From Pseudomonadota bacterium (GTDB lineage Bacteria; Bdellovibrionota; FAC87; UBA2466), in assembly GCA_043718025.1 (NCBI GenBank), contig JAYSWN010000115.1, positions 1-28,481 on the forward strand: 28,481 nucleotides of DNA, in the 5' to 3' direction. The translations under genes were made by a program, and so were the position numbers. This document shows positions 24,853-28,481 of the stretch, in pieces. Position 1 is the first letter of the stretch; each line of letters starts with the position of its first letter. The notes under the pieces are model-generated. The model saw only the letters and a list, made by a program, of their open reading frames with translations. It was not told where the DNA came from and did not search any database.

Positions 24853-27027
24853 ATGGCCAATTCACACGTCATAGCGGTGGTCGGTGGTAAGGGCGGCGTA
24901 GGTAAATCTACGTTCGCGGTGAACTACGCCATTGCTACCGCCGTTGATAGTAAGGCCAAAGTCTTGCTTCTGGACCTCGACCCCAAGGCTTACGGCGATT
25001 TGGGAATGCTCTTGGGCATCAAACCAAAGCGGACGATTGCAGAGCTAGGTGCGCACGAAGGCCGATTGGATGCCAACGCGATGATGTCTTACGTGGCGGT
25101 ACACCCGTCTGGAATTCATTACATGCCGAGTGTTCTCGATACCGAATCTATGGGTGGTCTCGAACCTGAAAAAGTGGCCAAAGCTCTTACCCACGTCATG
25201 AATTTTTACCACATGATTGTGGTTGATTTGGGATCAGACATAGATGCACCGGCGGTGAAAGTTTTTGAACAGGCCACCATGATCTACGTGCTCACCAATC
25301 CTGAGATTTTGGTGCTGCACCACACTCGTCGGGTCATCGAACGCATTCAAAACCTTTTGTTTCCGCCAGACATGATAAAGCTGGTGCTAAACCGCTTTAC
25401 GCCGAAGAAGGGCATTTTGCCCCAAATGGTGCAAAACAATCTGAAGAAACAGATTCTCGCCGTGATTCCTGAAGACGAGATGACCACGGTCACTTCGATG
25501 ACCAAGGCCCAGCCCTTTGTTATCGCGGCCCCGCGCGCTGAGATCACTCAAGCCTACTTCAATTTAGTGCGAACTATCTCTTCGAACCAAATCTTAGAAA
25601 AGATGTCGCAGCTTAAAAAACCTTCTGACGCTTTATCCCGGTTATCGGGAAACCGTCAGGCCGTGGCTACGGCGGCCGCAAAAAAAGATTCTTCGCCGGC
25701 CAACGTTATTTTCGACCGCAGTCAAATGAAGGACGAAAAGCCAACTGACCCTTGGTCGGCATTGAAGCAGCGGGTTCATAAAGCATTGATTGACACCATG
25801 GATTTGAAAAAGGTCGACACTGAAACGGGTAACGATCCAAAGAAGAAAGCGGTACTGCGCGAGAAGACGAAAACGGTGGTGGTTGAGCTGTTAGATAAGG
25901 AAGAACATCCGTTTCGGTCGCGTGAAGAGATCCAGCGTTTGGTAAAAGAAATTCTCGACGAAGCCCTAGAGTTGGGCCCGATTCAAGATTTGCTGCTCGA
26001 CGACACCGTCAACGAGATCATGGTGAACCGCAAAGACCAGATCTACGTCGAACGCGGTGGAAAGTTGGTGTTAACCGGTGCCACCTTTTCCGGAACTGCC
26101 CAGCTTTTGTCGGTGATCGAGCGTATCGTGGCCCCCCTTGGTCGTCGCATCGACGAAAAAACGCCGTACGTCGATGCTCGTTTGCCCGATGGGTCGCGGG
26201 TTCACGCGATCATCCCGCCCTTGGCCCTGCAGGGACCAATGGTTACCATTCGTAAGTTTTCCAAGCACCGCCTCTCGTACAAAGATTTGGTTAAGTACAA
26301 CTCGATGACCGAAGAGATGGCTGATTTTCTCCGCTCTTGCATCGAGGCCCGATTAAATATCGTGATTTCGGGGGGCACCGGTTCGGGAAAAACCACGCTG
26401 CTGAACGTGTTGGCGTCGTTTATTCCTCCGGGCGAGCGAATTTTGACGGTTGAAGACTCCGCCGAGCTACAACTGTCGCAAGAACACTGGGGCCGCTTGG
26501 AAACTCGTCCCGCCAATATCGAGGGAAAGGGCGAAGTTTCGATTCGTGAGTTGGTAAGAAACACGCTGCGAATGCGACCCGACCGAATTATTATTGGCGA
26601 GTGCCGCGCCGGTGAAGCGCTGGACATGTTGCAAGCCATGAATACGGGCCACGACGGCAGTATGACCACCGTTCACTCTAACTCCCCCCGCGATGCCATT
26701 GCCCGCATGGAGACTTTAGTGATGATGGCCGGTATGGATCTTCCGGCCAAAGCCATTCGCGAACAGATTGCCTCGGCGGTAAACCTGGTGGTGCAGCAAA
26801 CTCGTATGTCGGATGGTAGCCGTAAGGTGATTAGTATTACCGAGATCGTGGGGATGCAGGGGGAAGTGGTGACCATGCAGGAGATTTTTGGTTTTAGAAA
26901 AACGGGAATGGATAAAAACCGTAAGGTGGTGGGCAAGTTCGTTGCCACCGGTTTCATTCCCAAATTTATCGACGAGCTGGAGCAGCAGGGAATCAAGATT
27001 CCTCGCGGCATCTTCTCGGTATCTTGA
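24853..27027 (+). CDS. tadA: CpaE/TadZ (MinD-like) - CpaF/TadA ATPase fusion
   Basis: N-terminal deviant Walker A GKGGVGKS with LLLDLD; C-terminal GGTGSGKT, EDSAEL, LRMRPDRIIIGE and AMNTGHDGSMTTVH. Confidence 0.95.
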   Translation: MANSHVIAVVGGKGGVGKSTFAVNYAIATAVDSKAKVLLLDLDPKAYGDLGMLLGIKPKRTIAELGAHEGRLDANAMMSYVAVHPSGIHYMPSVLDTESMGGLEPEKVAKALTHVMNFYHMIVVDLGSDIDAPAVKVFEQATMIYVLTNPEILVLHHTRRVIERIQNLLFPPDMIKLVLNRFTPKKGILPQMVQNNLKKQILAVIPEDEMTTVTSMTKAQPFVIAAPRAEITQAYFNLVRTISSNQILEKMSQLKKPSDALSRLSGNRQAVATAAAKKDSSPANVIFDRSQMKDEKPTDPWSALKQRVHKALIDTMDLKKVDTETGNDPKKKAVLREKTKTVVVELLDKEEHPFRSREEIQRLVKEILDEALELGPIQDLLLDDTVNEIMVNRKDQIYVERGGKLVLTGATFSGTAQLLSVIERIVAPLGRRIDEKTPYVDARLPDGSRVHAIIPPLALQGPMVTIRKFSKHRLSYKDLVKYNSMTEEMADFLRSCIEARLNIVISGGTGSGKTTLLNVLASFIPPGERILTVEDSAELQLSQEHWGRLETRPANIEGKGEVSIRELVRNTLRMRPDRIIIGECRAGEALDMLQAMNTGHDGSMTTVHSNSPRDAIARMETLVMMAGMDLPAKAIREQIASAVNLVVQQTRMSDGSRKVISITEIVGMQGEVVTMQEIFGFRKTGMDKNRKVVGKFVATGFIPKFIDELEQQGIKIPRGIFSVS

Positions 27028-27037
27028 GGTTGACGGA

Positions 27038-27934
27038 ATGGACGGTATTTTAGCCTTATTTCCCTCGCCAATGTGGAAGCTGATTGCGATCGGCTGGGTG
27101 GGGTCTGTCATCTTGATCGGCTTACTGATCAATGGCGATAAGCTGTACGGCTGGATAGGGTCGAAAGTGCTGTCCGAGCGCGATTGGATGATCGCCAAAC
27201 TTGATTTAATGTTTATCGAAATTTCACCGCAGCGACTGCTCACCTTTTTTACATGTTACCTGGTCGGTCTCTTTCTGTGCGGCGTTCTATTTTTATGGCC
27301 ATCGGTGGGCGCCGGTTTCGTGTTTGGAATTTTCTTCGTGCTGCTTTTTTGGCGCATGCCTTCGCGAATGATCAATATTTTGCATAAGCAGAGAACTAAG
27401 AAATTTGTTTACCAGATGGTCGACGGCCTATCGTTAATGTCTAACGCAATGCGCTCTGGCCTCAACGTGCCCCAGGCTTTGCAGCTCTGCACTGATGAAC
27501 TCGGCAATCCGCTTTCCCAAGAGTTTACGCTGGTGCTTTCGCAAAATAAGATCGGCACCTCACTCGAGGAAGCCTTGAGCAACCTTTCGGTACGTATGCC
27601 CCACGACGACATTGAAATGTTCACCACCAGCGTAAATATATTGAAGGAGACCGGCGGTAACTTAGCCGAGACCTTTGAGACAATCGCCTACACCATTCGC
27701 GAGCGCATTAAAGTGGAATCTAAAATTTCGGCGATGACCGCGCAGGGCGTTTTTCAAGGGATCATCGTCGTATTTATGCCATTCGTATTGTGCGGAATCT
27801 TGTACGCCATTGACCCCGAACGTATCGGTCCGATGTTCACCACTCTTCCCGGGTGGGTGCTTCTTACCATCATGATGTCGTTGCAAGCCGCGGGCGGTTT
27901 CATGATCTGGAAAATTGTCCAAGTCAGAGTCTAA
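27038..27934 (+). CDS. tadB: TadB (T2SS F-family inner-membrane platform)
   Basis: DGLSLMSNAMRSGLNVPQAL, ETGGNLAETFE, IRERIK. Start reset to ATG 27038 after GAGGT. Confidence 0.93.
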   Translation: MDGILALFPSPMWKLIAIGWVGSVILIGLLINGDKLYGWIGSKVLSERDWMIAKLDLMFIEISPQRLLTFFTCYLVGLFLCGVLFLWPSVGAGFVFGIFFVLLFWRMPSRMINILHKQRTKKFVYQMVDGLSLMSNAMRSGLNVPQALQLCTDELGNPLSQEFTLVLSQNKIGTSLEEALSNLSVRMPHDDIEMFTTSVNILKETGGNLAETFETIAYTIRERIKVESKISAMTAQGVFQGIIVVFMPFVLCGILYAIDPERIGPMFTTLPGWVLLTIMMSLQAAGGFMIWKIVQVRV

Positions 27935-27962
27935 TTCCCGGTGTTTCCGGTATAATCTTACG

Positions 27963-28481
27963 ATGACCCTCCAAATATTTCGACGCGCTTCGGCATTGGT
28001 TCTGGCCGTTTTGAGCTGCCAGTCCTTTGCGCTTTCCGTAAACCGCTTAAACGGCAGCGCGACGCTAATCTACGTAGATTTTAGTATCGCCGGTAAAGTG
28101 GTTCCGCTCGAACTCCTGAGAACTTACAACACGCTCACTGCGGTCAATGAAACTAATGGTTGGAACGGGGCATTTGGTTGGGGGTGGACGAGCCCTTTTG
28201 AAACGACGCTTATCGTTACCCCCGAACGTCACGTCATTTTGCGCGATGGGCAGTCCGGCAACACGGTGCTGTTCAAACCCAATCAAGAAGACCCTAAGGT
28301 GAGGGGCGCCTATTTTGAAGCCGTCCGCCAAGCGTTTTTCACCAGTAAACTGGGCCGGCCAATGAACGCCGATGAAAATCGCAAACTCAGTTTGCCCGAA
28401 AAGATGATGTTACGGCTCAAGACTGAGCCCGCATTCCGTACCGAGATTGCGATGAAGTTTGCCTTGACCGCGGAAGTGCCA
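27963..28481 (+). CDS. RHS/YD-repeat-associated secreted protein (DUF6531-type N-terminus), partial
   Basis: Missing from the ORF track because it runs off the window. My translation: MTLQIFRRASALVLAVLSCQSFALSVNRLNG...PLELLRTYNT...GAFGWGWTSPFETTL; the RTYN and FGxGW motifs are typical of RHS N-termini. Confidence 0.82.
   Translation, partial: MTLQIFRRASALVLAVLSCQSFALSVNRLNGSATLIYVDFSIAGKVVPLELLRTYNTLTAVNETNGWNGAFGWGWTSPFETTLIVTPERHVILRDGQSGNTVLFKPNQEDPKVRGAYFEAVRQAFFTSKLGRPMNADENRKLSLPEKMMLRLKTEPAFRTEIAMKFALTAEVP

Noticed and set aside
1..28481. CRISPR array, tRNA/rRNA, prophage or anti-phage defence genes
   Set aside because: I saw no regularly spaced repeats, RNA-gene signatures or matching protein motifs.

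Overview
The window looks like Bdellovibrionota DNA (inferred from the Tad locus layout; not verified by a database search). In order it contains: (1) a Pal/OmpA-family lipoprotein; (2) an apparently intact IS110-family element whose ~225-nt downstream non-coding end has several stems and is a candidate bridge/seek RNA; (3) a four-gene type IVa minor-pilin-like operon: a giant ~1160-aa PilX/GspK-like prepilin whose leader appears only with a CTG start, PilV-like and PilW-like prepilins, and a secreted protein with an FrpC-type self-processing-module (SPM) domain that has Ser-Pro instead of Asp-Pro; (4) a convergent GT-C glycosyltransferase; (5) a four-gene partner-switching/c-di-GMP operon laid out like SiaABCD: membrane SpoIIE-like pseudo-phosphatase, RsbW-like kinase, STAS-zinc ribbon protein, PAS-GGDEF cyclase; (6) PitA and an S41 C-terminal protease; (7) a Tad/Flp pilus cluster resembling the Bdellovibrio hit-locus cluster: three Flp-like pilins, TadV, two TadE, two CpaB, secretin, a TadZ-TadA fusion, TadB and an RHS/YD-type protein cut off by the window end. 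The best candidates for undescribed biology are the minor-pilin/SPM module, the Sia-like operon with a degenerate phosphatase, and the IS110 downstream RNA. All family calls come from motifs read by eye.
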